The notes beneath the pieces are model-generated. The model searched no databases. It saw only the letters and a program-made list of their open reading frames with translations, and was not told where the DNA came from. Below are positions 25,485-37,779 of a stretch of 64,000 nucleotides of DNA, one piece after another; the stretch's first letter is position 1; the number at the start of each line of letters is the position of its first letter. The stretch comes from Octopus vulgaris (Eukaryota): positions 100,068,001-100,132,000 of the forward strand of contig OX597823.1 in NCBI GenBank assembly GCA_951406725.2. The letters are read 5' to 3'. The position numbers and the translations under genes are program-made.

Positions 25485-26576
25485 GTGTGCATTATGTGGT
25501 CGGTTGAGCTGAAAATATGCACACCTATGTTAAAAGAGCTGGCGAGTTTACATGACAACTATTTGTTTCCTCAAATGAAAGGCGTGACCTCTAGGACAAA
25601 ATTCCTCATCTTATAAAATGTGGCCCGAGTAGACCCGAATGAAATCGGGTTATATTAACCAAAATGTGAAAAGAGGTCTAAATGGGGCTTGAAGGGGATT
25701 AGAATTTACAGGAGCGGGTGTTTAGGAATTCTCTGTTACATCAAGCTAAAAAAATTGCGCGAGCCTTTAAATCGTCAATGTGTTGCCGTCCATGATGAAG
25801 TTTTGAATGCTTGCCATGGTGAGTCTACTGTCGTGAGAAAGAATCACTTCAAAGCTTGGTGTTTAGGAATTTTCTTTTACATCAAGTTCAAAATTTTACG
25901 CCAGCCGTTTAACTGCCACTACGTTGCTGTCCGTCGTTAAGAAATGCCAGCCATGGTGACTCTACTATCCTCAGATTCTATCTCTTTAAACTTTGGTTTC
26001 CAATATCTTATTATTTTTATTCAGCTCGCAAGTTCGTCTGTTCCTTTTAAATGTTAGTGTTTTGCTGTCTGCCTTGAAGCAGACCTTTCCGTTGTCACTG
26101 CCTGACAGTTATGATTGATCTTTCAAAATATTTTATTTCTCAACTTACTCAAGATCTTTTAAAGTGTAAAGTATAATAGCCATCTCAATATAGGTAACCA
26201 CAAAGGGTGGGTGTTACTGTAGCTTTTAGCCCCAGAAGATCATCGTCTCCAGCTGGCTTTAGGCACACTATCTGTGACCTTATGGTATTTGCAAAGGGAG
26301 GTCATCCCTTTCTCGTAAGCCTAAGTGATACGCACGGACCGCAGTTTCAAGATCTTTTGTTGTTTATAAATGGGAGAGAGGTAGATAGAGAAAGATAGAG
26401 AGTAAGAGAAAGCGAGGGAGAGTCCGAAAGAAAGGAAGAGTAAGAGAGTGGGAAAGTGAGAGAGAAAGGAGAGAGAAACAAAGAGGGAGAATGTGGTGAT
26501 AAAAAAACAGAAAGGAAGCAACAGAAAGTAACAACCACACTCTTAACCGCGCGTAGAGCGGGTCACCTTAAGCTAG
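24541..26576 (+). mobile_element. Non-autonomous Helitron with nested inserts
   Basis: 5' tc..aaatgcgaaaagtttgtttgtttgcc..; 3' GC hairpin ccgcgcgtagagcgg followed ~11 nt later by CTAG then T (26573-26577). Confidence 0.65.
26169..26347 (-). mobile_element. Second copy of the 17200-17400 repeat, truncated at the hammerhead GAAA
   Basis: Homology ends exactly at ..cgcacggaccgcagtttc. Confidence 0.75.
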
Positions 26577-26590
26577 TATACATATATTTT

Positions 26591-26636
<46 letters not shown>

Positions 26637-26669
26637 CATACATACATGCATGCATACCTACCTACCAAC

Positions 26670-28260
26670 CTACATACATACTTGCTAAATTTCCAGTGAG
26701 CATAGTCAAAGCCATAGCTGACCTAACTTCACCGTGGGCCACCATCTTGAAATCAAACACAAGGAGTAATTTATTACCACTGATAGAATACAGTATTGGC
26801 GAGGCACATTCCTATGTTATTTATACTTTCTGTAAACCCTTTGTCATTCATGTTAAGGCAGTCGGAAGGATATCTCACTGGTTCACAAGGAAATAGAAAT
26901 ACCAAAATTACACAGTTTCTATTTTGATGACTTGAAATTATATCCCAAGAATATGCAAGAGATGAAAAAGATCCTTGACCTGGTTACAACATTCTCGAAG
27001 GATATAGGGCTGGATTTTGGTCAAGATGAATGTTGCTATATGGTTGCGAAAAGAGGGAAAACTGTAAACCAGACTAAAAACACTTCCATCAATGACTTGA
27101 TTGTTTCCCCTATATCTGATGAGGAATGTTACAGGTGCCTAGGAGTGCATGAAAACATACCTTACAATGGCACCTGTAACAAGAATATTACAGCCGAATA
27201 AAGAAAATTTGGACCTTGGAACTCTCTGCATTCAATAAGACAGTGGCCCACAATGTGTTTATAGTACTAGTATCCATACCAACGTTTGGGCTGCTTGATG
27301 AGGGCCTATCCATTGATGTGAAAACCCGGAAGAAGTAACCCAGCGCATATCATTTCCACATCAATAATGACGTAGACCGCCTCTGTCTAAACAGAAGACA
27401 AAGTGACATGGGCTTAACATCGACCCAAACTGCCTTCGAATGTCATATCATAACCCTTCGGCAACATCTTTTAACCACCAAATGTGTATCCCTTGACAAA
27501 TTTTGCATACATGAGGCTGATAACATCATAAGACTTGGAAGGCAGCTCCTTGAGCAATTTTTCTTGTCTGATAACCTTACATACATACCCAAAGAAGTCA
27601 CACGACTCTACCGCAAGGGAACATCAGATGAAAGGATGAGCGTACATGAGCAGAAGACCATGCATGGATAGGTTTGTAGAAAACTCCGTGATGACAGTGC
27701 CATTGATCATCAAAGCAGTCTATCATGGACCAACAAGTGGATTACTACCTCACTCTTTGAAGGGTATGCGTTTGCCATCCAGGAACAGGAAATATCAATC
27801 CAATACCCAATGCACAAAAGGGACAGATATGCAGGAAAAGCAGCAAAATGTGATGACCGATGCAGACTTTGTGGAGTTCACACTGAAGATATCACCCACA
27901 AAGAATTTGTCCGAAAATGTCATCACGGTATTATCTACCAATGTGACATGATGTTGTAGCTAGAACACTGAAGGATAACCCCGAGGATAAAGAAATACGA
28001 ACCCACAGTATGATAAAAGCCATAGCCACTCATAATAAAAAGGAGTACTGGTGAAATGTCCTAGTGAAGACCGCAATAAAATGTAAGCACAACAGACCTG
28101 ATATAATGATTTGGTATAGAGAAGAGAAACTGTGTACAATTTTGGAAATTAGCTGCCCAGATCAGCGAAAAAGAAAATACCTCTGCTGAACTATTGAGGA
28201 ATTTACAGTTACTCTATCCAGATTACAAGTTCAGGTTTATACCTGTAATTATTGGGATTC
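26670..28260 (+). pseudogene. Degenerate REL-type (R4-like) LINE fragment
   Basis: DDLKLY..FSKDIGLDFGQDEC, C.LC...EDITH and KHNRPDIMIW..LEISCP motifs across frames. Confidence 0.8.
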
Positions 28261-28647
28261 CTCAGTTTATAATGTGTTCCGATCCATGGCTCACTTCCTG
28301 TGCTTGCGACGCTTCATCAACCAAGAAGAGGTGGAGGCTCCAGTGAAGAAGTTATTCGCTTCGAAATACAAGAACTGGAATTAGATTGTGCAACACGATG
28401 GCCTACACTTGGAATGTTTGGCAGATTTAGTTCTAACTTGACAAATAAAGCAAATAAGTTACCAAAATACGGCAAATGTTTTGACTCAACGCAATAAAGT
28501 TAGTCAGATGAAAGAAAAGAGGAAGAAAATTTAAAATACATTTTTATTCGGAAAATGATTTTATAAACCAAACAAGCAGAAAGGTAATTTGGACAATATC
28601 TGTTACGGAAACTAAATAAGCCATGATTATCTTAATAGCATAACCTG

Positions 28648-28705
<58 letters not shown>

Positions 28706-28759
28706 CTCTCTCTTTCATATATATATAAGCAAGTACACACGCACGCACGCGCACACACA

Positions 28760-28824
<65 letters not shown>

Positions 28825-28834
28825 GCAAATGTAT

Positions 28835-28916
28835 AATGACAGACGATGGATAAATGTCAGTTCATTACAGCTGTTTCTTACTGTAATGAGCAGACATTTA
28901 TCCATCGTCTGTTATT
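28835..28916. repeat. 36-bp-arm hairpin containing a half hammerhead at its apex
   Basis: aatgacagacgatggataaatgtcagttcattacag ctgtttctta ctgtaatgagcagacatttatccatcgtctgttatt; the minus strand reads GAAACAGCTGTA at 28866-28877. Confidence 0.8.
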
Positions 28917-29136
28917 TTTCATTTGCTTCTAATACACCAAAGGAATTCACGACACGTCGGACACCCTGGAGTCTACCAAACAACAAATGACCAACATAAC
29001 GTGTACTTTAGACGAGCCCTTAGGTGCTTAATACTCGTAGGGGTGGTTTTCCCTGTGTGCACAACCTGAATATCCTACTGGATATTTAATTGCCCATAGA
29101 TGGTGACCACAGGTTTATCCAACCCTACCTGGTGCA

Positions 29137-29209
<73 letters not shown>

Positions 29210-29300
29210 TCACTGCCTGGAATCGAACTCGGAATCTTGGGGTTAGTAGCCTGCGCTCTTAACCACTACGCCATATGCCCACGAGCATATGGCGTAGTGA

Positions 29301-29369
<69 letters not shown>

Positions 29370-29376
29370 CAACAAC
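29137..29376. mobile_element. Head-to-head pair of tRNA-like SINE heads between (TTA)n and (TAA)n
   Basis: Full head on the minus strand at 29205-29280 (same as 12547-12622), then gagcatatggcgtagtg|acctgaataat (internally deleted head) on the plus strand. Confidence 0.85.
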
Positions 29377-29377
29377 A

Positions 29378-29600
29378 TTTCACATATTTCATATTAGTTC
29401 CACATATTTCACATTAGCTTCACATATTTCACATTGGTTCCACACATCTCATTAGCTTCACATATCTCATATTAGCTTCACATATTTCATATTAGTTCCA
29501 CATATTTTATATTAGCCTCACATACTTCATATTACCTTCACACTTCCACATATTTCATATAAGCTTCACATATTTCACATTAGCTTCACATATCTCATAA
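29378..29600 (+). repeat. ~20-bp minisatellite (cacatatttcatattagctt)n
   Basis: About 11 degenerate tandem units. Confidence 0.85.
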
Positions 29601-29930
29601 ATCATTCCATTACTTATGAACTTTCTCTAATTAACATACACCAATATGTAAACAATATCAGGTCTCTTTACAAAACCAAACGGTAGGTGTGTGTGTGCAT
29701 CATCATTCAATATATCGCACAGTTTATAAATTATACGCAGTAGTTATTCAAAATTGTCCTGATAAGCTTATTATTATTTACAATTACGTTAAAACAAAAA
29801 GAATTCATTTATGTATGGCCAGGTATTAATAGTAATAAACAGACAAAAGAAGGAGAATTGGTAATCAACGAAGGTTAGCTGATCCCAGACGAATTGAAAA
29901 CCAAAAGATTGACCAGACAGAAAGATTAAG

Positions 29931-30482
29931 GCCGCTTAACATTTTGTCCGGCGTGCTAACGATTCTGCCAGCACGCCGGACAAAATGTTAAGCGGCATTT
30001 CGTCCGTCTTTACATTTTAAGTTCAAATTCTGTCGAGGGTGACATTCCCTTTCATTCTATCGGGGTCGATAAAATAAGTACCAGTTGAACACTGGAGCCG
30101 ATGTAACCGATTAAACCCGTTTCACATTTTGGCACAAGGCCAGCAATTTCGGAAGAGGATGTAAGTCGATTACATCGACCCCGGTGCTCAACTTCTACTT
30201 ATCTTATCGATCCCCAAAGGGGATGAAAGGTAAAGTCAACCTCGGCGGAATTTGAACCCAGAACGTAACGGCAGACGAAATACGGCGAAATGCGTAGTCG
30301 TATTTCGTCTGCCGTTACGTTCTGGGTTCAAATTCCGCCGAGGTCGACTTTGCCTTTCATCCTTTCGGGGTCGATAAATTAAGTACCAGTTACGCACTGG
30401 GGTCGATGTAATCGACTTAATCCGTTTGTCTGTCCTTGTTTGTCCCCTCTGTGTTTAGCCCATTGTGGGTAGTAAAGAAATA
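29931..30482. mobile_element. Cluster of three SINE copies in alternating orientation with fold-back heads
   Basis: Copies ~29970-30120(+), 30125-30284(-) and 30299-30482(+). Perfect IRs at 29931-29957/29970-29996 and 30239-30284/30299-30344. Confidence 0.85.
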
Positions 30483-30877
30483 TATATAAATATACGAACG
30501 CGCAGACGCACACACACATATATACACATATATATATATGCATATATAATTTTAAATATATATGCATGTATATATGAGCATATATATGTATGTGTGTGTG
30601 TGTTTGTCGGTGTGTGTGTCTGTGTATGTGTGTGCAAGCACGCGTGCGCGTGTGTGAATGCACAGGTTTGTTAACGACAAATATTTCAACTCGGCGAGTA
30701 ACTTCACAAATTCAAAAGCACTCAATACTTAACACTGAGTAAATTTATTGTGTATGTTATTTCAGACCGCGCGACAGCGCCTGGAGGAAATTTTCATACC
30801 CAGCTGCCAATTCATAAACCACAGACAAGGAAACACAAGGACAGAGATGGAAAGAGAAAGAGAGAGAAGGGGGGGGG

Positions 30878-30940
<63 letters not shown>

Positions 30941-31694
30941 GTGGAAGAGAGAGAGAGAGTGAATGTTTGTATGTGAAAGAAAAGGGTTGGATGAGAAAAA
31001 GACTTGATTCCAAATATATTTCTTTTTTTTTTTTTTACTTTTTTTGTTTACTCACGTTATCATTAGAAAGAAAGTGGTATTCCGTACAGTCCGATTGATA
31101 GAATCCTCGCCAGTGACGCGTGTGTTTGTAGGAAAGTTGTAGTAGAGACTTCGTAAAAAACTTATATCGACTCACAGATGTGAATGGTGACAAGTGATTC
31201 ATACGGCCGACCGGTCGCTCAGCCAGCCAGCCAGCCAGCCAACCAGAGAGGAGGGCGAGGAAACACACACACTCACTCACACACATTCATGAAAGGGTGA
31301 GGCCGGATGGTTGGGTCAAGTGACGAAATGAAATCGAACTGGTTATATTTTGTTGAGTAATAGTGATGGTGTTGTGGTGGTGGCGGCGATGGTGGCCGCA
31401 GTCGTCGTCGTGTTGGAGGGAGGATGTGACCTGTGGACTACTTACGCTTATCAGTGAGGAAATGTTTGCAGTGGGCTGAGGCGATCGTGGCGTCGGCGTG
31501 GGCGCTGGAGCGGCAGCAGTAGCAGCGTGCGGCGGCGTGGTTAATATGTCACGCTTGTACACTTTAGGTCAATAGTTATGGAAGATAATTTGCGTCATTT
31601 GTATTTTAGAGAGGTTCGCGAGGAAAATATGTATGCATGTATGTATGTATGTATGTATGTATGTATGTATGTATGTATGTATGTATGTATGTAT

Positions 31695-32200
31695 TATGTC
31701 AGGTCACTTTCGAGTGCTATTAGTAACATGTAACCTAGTACAACCTGTTGCATGGTCGGGCCGTCGGCGACTAAACCGGTAACCCCATCAAGCTTGCTTG
31801 GTGAGGAGGGTGTTTATTGGACACCCTGCGGGATGAAAAACAAAATCCGTCAAAGTTCGGAAGAACTCTTGAGAGTCAACGGCCATCCGATAATTGTGTA
31901 TTTGTTTTTTTTCTCTTAAGGCTTAAGGCTGTATCATGCGCGGGGACATAGAAATAATCGGACTGAATACCCGATCGCGCGGTTAAACCATTGGGAGTGA
32001 AGGACTCTTAGCGTTTGTTAGGGCATCCTTCTAGGAGAAGGTAACTCAGGTAACTGGGATAACTCCGACATAAAACCTGCGGCTCAGTGGTTACCGATGA
32101 TGTTGACTTGTTCTTCTTTTCGGATTATGGCTGCTGTTGCTTAGTGAGTGGGATTGACTCAGTGCACAGCCTTTCCTCACTTTAAAAAAATCTTTTTGCA
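31695..32200 (+). mobile_element. Probable RTE-like LINE 5' UTR fragment
   Basis: gggcatccttctaggagaaggtaactc resembles RTE 5'-UTR motifs (from memory); follows (TATG)n. Confidence 0.35.
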
Positions 32201-33591
32201 CAGGCATTGCACGATAACAACATTGTTCATGATTGCTGATGGTGCTGTGAGTCTCAACTGAATGGCTGGCTGTAGCCTTAAAAAGCAAATAAAAGTCACA
32301 TTCGATCACAACACCAACAGCAGTTAAGCTTCGTGCAATGGCCATACTCGATAACGAGGGGGCAACCATCAATCTATGTATGTATGCAATTATGTATATA
32401 AGTATGTATGTATGTGTATGTATGTATGAATGTATGTGTGTATGTATGCAATTATGTATATAATTATGTATGTATGTATGTGTGCATGTATGTATGTGTG
32501 TATGTGTGTGTATGTGTGTGTAAGTGCATATGTATATATACAGACACTTCGTATATACATTGTATTATGTTCAATCGCGCGCACGCGTGAGTATATGTGT
32601 GTGTGTGTGTGTTTATATTTCTATGTAAGTATTTATTGAAGGTCATATTGGATGTGCGACTGAAATTACGTTTACGAAAAAGTTTATTAAGTATTTTGGA
32701 GTTTTACAAACACCTTTAAAAGCAAACGAAGCAAATAAACGCGTACGACCATATCGGGTTCCGCTGAAGAGAAACAGCAAGGGCCAACACATACACAAAT
32801 ACAGAGATGTTAATTTGCTCGTAAAGCAAATAAAATGTCGTCCATATTTTTATCCCCTAATGATGTTATTGAAAGCCATAGAAATCCTCGGACTGGTCGG
32901 TGTTCATAGTATTATTAGGGTGTCCAGAAAGTTCTTGCGGTTTATAACCTTTAAATTCAGATGCACGGCCGGTATGCATGGGCGACTGCTGGTCTTCCAT
33001 AAACAACCTTGCCCAGATTTGTGCCGGTGAGTGTGTGTAAGCGTGTATGCGATGTGTCTGCGTGTGCATGTCTGCATGTATCAGACATGACTATATTCAA
33101 GTTTAATCTTTGAGAATAGAGTTTTCATATTCCTGTATTAAGGAACAATAATCTTCCCATATTCATTGGTCGGTTAATGGTTCAAGATGTCGGTCTCATC
33201 ATCAGAATGAAGCGACAAAAATAATACTGCTACAGTCTCAGTGCTTTGCTCGTAAATCCCAAAAGATCGTGGGAATATGTTTGATAAAATCGTCATTACC
33301 GAAGCCGAGAAGGTTTTCAAACATTACTGCACTAATCGACATATAGAAATATTTTTGTCCGTAAAGGACGACAGATATATACAGAGGAATACAGGAACTA
33401 CACCCTTTTTTCCCTCGGGTCTTAGGACAGCAGCAGCTCAATGGGGTGAGAGGTTGGGGATGAGGAGAAGGCCACACTGCTGCTAAAAACTAAGACACAC
33501 ACACAAACATACATACACACACGCGCGCGCGCGCGCGTCTGCTGAAATGAATTGATAGGTTCACATATAACCTCCTGAGGTACATCCATTC

Positions 33592-33690
33592 TTTTCTCTG
33601 ATGAAATTATGCTCATATCACATAAATGCAAATTTAATGTACAAATTTGTAATTAAATTATTGAGTATTAATTGAAACAGCTGTAAGAAG
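33592..33690 (+). ncRNA. Hammerhead ribozyme motif with long stem II
   Basis: ttct-CTGATGA-aattatgctca....tgagtattaatt-GAAA-CAGCTG-TA-agaa. Core is fully canonical; predicted cleavage after A33685. Confidence 0.75.
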
Positions 33691-34643
33691 CGAAGACAAT
33701 GGAGAATACATACACAGAATAATCAATTAAGGTGGAAATATGGATAAGAGGATTCAACCGAAACGCAGCATAGGCAATATGAATGAGCTCATTAATTCGA
33801 CTGGACTATGACAATAAATGAATTGATTATTCTGTGTATGTATTCTCTGTTTTTTTTGGGGGGTGGGGGTTGTATTGTTAACCTTTTCCTCCTACATCGA
33901 AAACGATGGAAATCTCTCTAGCAACCACTAAAGTTTCAGAAGTGTAAAGTACTAATATTGAAGAAGAACGAACGACAAACACTCGTACATAGACACACGT
34001 AGAATTTTCCAGCATCGTTAACCGATATAGTGCAAAACTGATGTACGCTTGGATAATATATCCCTAAGAAAGAACAACTTCTTTTCATACAGACTTATAT
34101 ATATATATGAGTGTATATATATATATATATGTGTGTGTCTATATATACTAGCTTAAAAGCCAGTACCACCACCATCGCTATCACATCTGCCATGCACACA
34201 CCATTCAGACTTCTGATGCCACCACCATCAATACCTTTGACTTCGCCACCTTTCCCTCCACTAGCATCACCGTTATCTTTCACATCGCTTACTCTCATGT
34301 GTGTTTGTAGGAAAGTTGTAGTAGAGACTTCGTAAAAAGCTTATATCGACTCACACATATAACTGACCGCCTTGGATACCACCACCACCACCTTCAGCAC
34401 CGCTTTCTCCGCCTCTATCACAACTACAGCTCATACTATTACTATCACCCCATTATCATCAGTGTTCAGTATGTTGGTTCAGTGTTCAGTCCCTCTTTCT
34501 CTCACACACCCACTCCTTCTCTCACACACCCTCTCTTTCTCTCTCTCTTATTATTACTCCCACTGCCACCATCTACTACTTTTAATAAAACATCATCAAC
34601 TCTTCCTAAATTTCTTTCTCTCTCTTTCTCTCAGTCGCTTTTT

Positions 34644-34692
<49 letters not shown>

Positions 34693-34820
34693 CGTCACCG
34701 CCCTCACTGTCTCCATGCCTACAATTACTCTCACCCCAGCATGAGCGATAGTAGAAGTGTCATTGAATAGTGAGAGAAGGGGGTTCAAAGTGTGACACAC
34801 TGACACACAGAAATTAGTTT

Positions 34821-36002
34821 GGATCTTTTCATTTCCAAGGCCTGTTTTGTCAGATTTTTCTAGTTAACTAAATAATTTGAAACTTCGTATACTGGTAGAG
34901 TGTCTCAAAAGAAAACACTAGTTTCAACTTGTTTATTTGAGAAAAATGTATTTTATAACCTTAAGGGTAGATTAAATCTGCGAATTTTAACCAATCGTAT
35001 TGTTTGTTTTCATTTGAAATAATTAACTGCATTATCTTAGTGTGACGTAGAAAGCTATTTTGTGACGTAGACAGCTGTGCGTAGGTCTGTGTTTTGTGTG
35101 CGTGTGTGTGTGTTAGATGGGGTGTGGGAGACAGAAAGTATGTTGTGTAAGTGAAGTACTTCTGTTAGTGTGTGTGAAGAGACAGAGAGAATAATGTGTG
35201 AAAGAGAGATAACTGAAATTTTTTACTCGGTGTATGTGTATAAGTATGTATGCATGTATGTGTGTGTGTGTATGTATCTATGTATGTGTGTGTGTGTATG
35301 TATGTGTGTGTATGTATGTGTGTGTGTATGTATGGCCGATTCAGTGTTTACATTATTTCGAGTTAAAACGAAAGATTACCAAAAAAAAATTTGTCTATAT
35401 CTTCGATCACTGTCATTATTCCATTGAGTCAACCTCATTATTTTCTACATAGCAAAGGTAATCTTTCGTTTTAACTCGAAATAATGTAAACACTGAATCG
35501 GACATACATACATACACACACACACATACATACACACACATACGAAAGATTGCCAAAGATAAAAAGTTACAGAAATAAAAGTTACACGAATAAAGTAAGG
35601 AATAAAAATCACAAAAAATATACGAAAATTTACAAAAACTAAGTTAGTTATATAATATATAAGTTTAATATATAAGTTAGTTAATAATATATAAAAAAAT
35701 GTGAATAGAAACTGAAGGAATACGGTAACCGGGTGTTTACATTTCACGTATGTTAAATACGTCAGCAAAATAGCCGTTTACGTCTATTGAGACGGAGTAA
35801 ATAATATGAAGCCGAAAGACCGAATACCATTGGTTAAAATTCTAATTATTAAACAACGTTAAACTTTGAAATTACAATTCCGTTTTCATTCTGGTTTACA
35901 ATTATGTTTTCTTTTGACACATTCTACCAGTATACGAAGTTTCAAATTGTTTGGTTAAGTAGGAAAAATCTGAAAAAACAGGCCTTGGAAATGAAAAGAT
36001 CC
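34821..36002. mobile_element. MITE with ~100-bp TIRs, GG..CC termini and 8-bp TSD (Merlin- or MULE-like)
   Basis: ggatcttttcatttccaaggcctg.. / ..caggccttggaaatgaaaagatcc; attagttt at 34813-34820 and 36003-36010. Confidence 0.85.
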
Positions 36003-36051
36003 ATTAGTTTTCGCATTTATTATATTAAATATGTATATATGTGTGTGTGTG

Positions 36052-36110
<59 letters not shown>

Positions 36111-36249
36111 TACATGACCACTTCCCAGCTCCACATCCACACACCTACACATACACACGCGCACACGTCAAGGTCACCAGCCCTCTTCCACACGCATATA
36201 ATACTCTCTTATACACACGCACGCGCATCTTCGTTTTGAGATCACCACT

Positions 36250-36500
36250 ACTCCCCTTCTCCCTAGCTCTCCTGTGTGACCTTTCTGTCAGGAAGTTGCT
36301 ATGATTGATCGCTAGCCACTACACATTCTTTATTTTCTCTCCTTGTTTCTTTCTGTGTTTCTTTCTGTGTTCCATTCTGTGGAAGAGCGTTGGCTCGAAA
36401 CGTTAAAGACTTTTTCACTTACCGAGCGTTAAACTAATACATCTGTTTGTTGTCTACACCACCTGTCTTCGTCTTTTGTTTTCTTTTTTTTGTGTGAGTT
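36250..36500 (+). mobile_element. Short repeat with hammerhead-like motif
   Basis: 36377-36409: CTGTGGAA-gagc gttg gctc-GAAA-CG-TT-aaaga; homologous to 7421-7620. Confidence 0.6.
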
Positions 36501-36618
36501 CTCCTTATGTATGTGTATGTGAATGTATGTGTATGAATATATGTGTGTGTGTGCATGTGTGTGTATGTATATATGTGTGTGAGTGTGTGTGTGTATATGT
36601 ATATATATATATATATAG

Positions 36619-36649
<31 letters not shown>

Positions 36650-37070
36650 TGAATGTATGCATATATACGTTCGTATGTATGGGCGTATATATATTTATAC
36701 GAGTGTGTGTGTGCGTCCGTACGTGCGTACGTGCGCGAGCGCATTTATTGTCTCGAAGCTGAATGAGTCACGACATGAATGAACGACAGGTTTGAAAGGA
36801 CATCTGGATTTCACCATTGTCAATGAGAGAAGTCGCTGATTGGGTCTTGAGTTCGGTAGGCAGGTAGGTTAGTAGGTGGATAGGTGGGTAGGGGAGTAGG
36901 AATTGAAATAAAGATATGGGTCGTGTAAGGAAAACTACGTTTGTGTGTGTGTGTGACGGAAAGAGTTAAAATTCATCATACTGTATGTGCGCAAATTTGT
37001 CAGGAAACACGAATGTGTACTCATACGCACGCAGAAACACACACATATACACACACTCTCATACACACAG

Positions 37071-37117
<47 letters not shown>

Positions 37118-37515
37118 GATACGCAAATACAAGCTTTGTATTTCTATCTTGTGCTACTGACCTTGTCTGGTTTGAGATTCAACACTCGTCACTAAAGACA
37201 AACACAACAAACAGGAATACTATTAACACTTTCACACACACACACACATAAACTTATATGTGTATGTGTGTGTGTGCGCGCGCACGCGAGTGAGTGTGTG
37301 TGTGTACAAGAATGCCTCGCTTTGTAGATGTAATGTATTCCTGAAAATATGGCCGCAATGCAAAATTCCGTAATGCGAATCTAATATTCTTATTGATTTT
37401 CGTATTGTCAAGTGAGATTGCATTCCTATGGACTTTTATGAAAAGAAAAAGCATAAGAAAGCAATGGAGAAGAAGCAGCAGAATTACAATTTTACATGAA
37501 AATAATAATTTCTAA

Positions 37516-37581
<66 letters not shown>

Positions 37582-37779
37582 CAATGTAGGTAGATAAAAA
37601 CAAAAAAAAGACATTCCAAGAGGAATAAGTTAAGGAATTAACAAGAATCGTAAAATCGTAAGAGTATGTTCTTGGCGCAAGGCTGCTGACTACTATAGGA
37701 GGGGGTAGAATGAGCGTTACTGGGGGGTGGGGATGAGGGACAATGTTTATTGTCTTGTAGTTCATTATCACCAACATCA

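Noticed and set aside
29378-29600. Regular repeat resembling a CRISPR array
   Set aside because: Contiguous degenerate units without unique spacers in a eukaryotic context; a minisatellite.
31695-31790. Possible HDV-like ribozyme at an RTE-like 5' end
   Set aside because: Could not build the nested double pseudoknot by eye.
32764-32830. ctgaagag...ctcgtaaa and, at 40591-40640, ctgagga...gaaacggttgca
   Set aside because: Too degenerate to fold as hammerheads.
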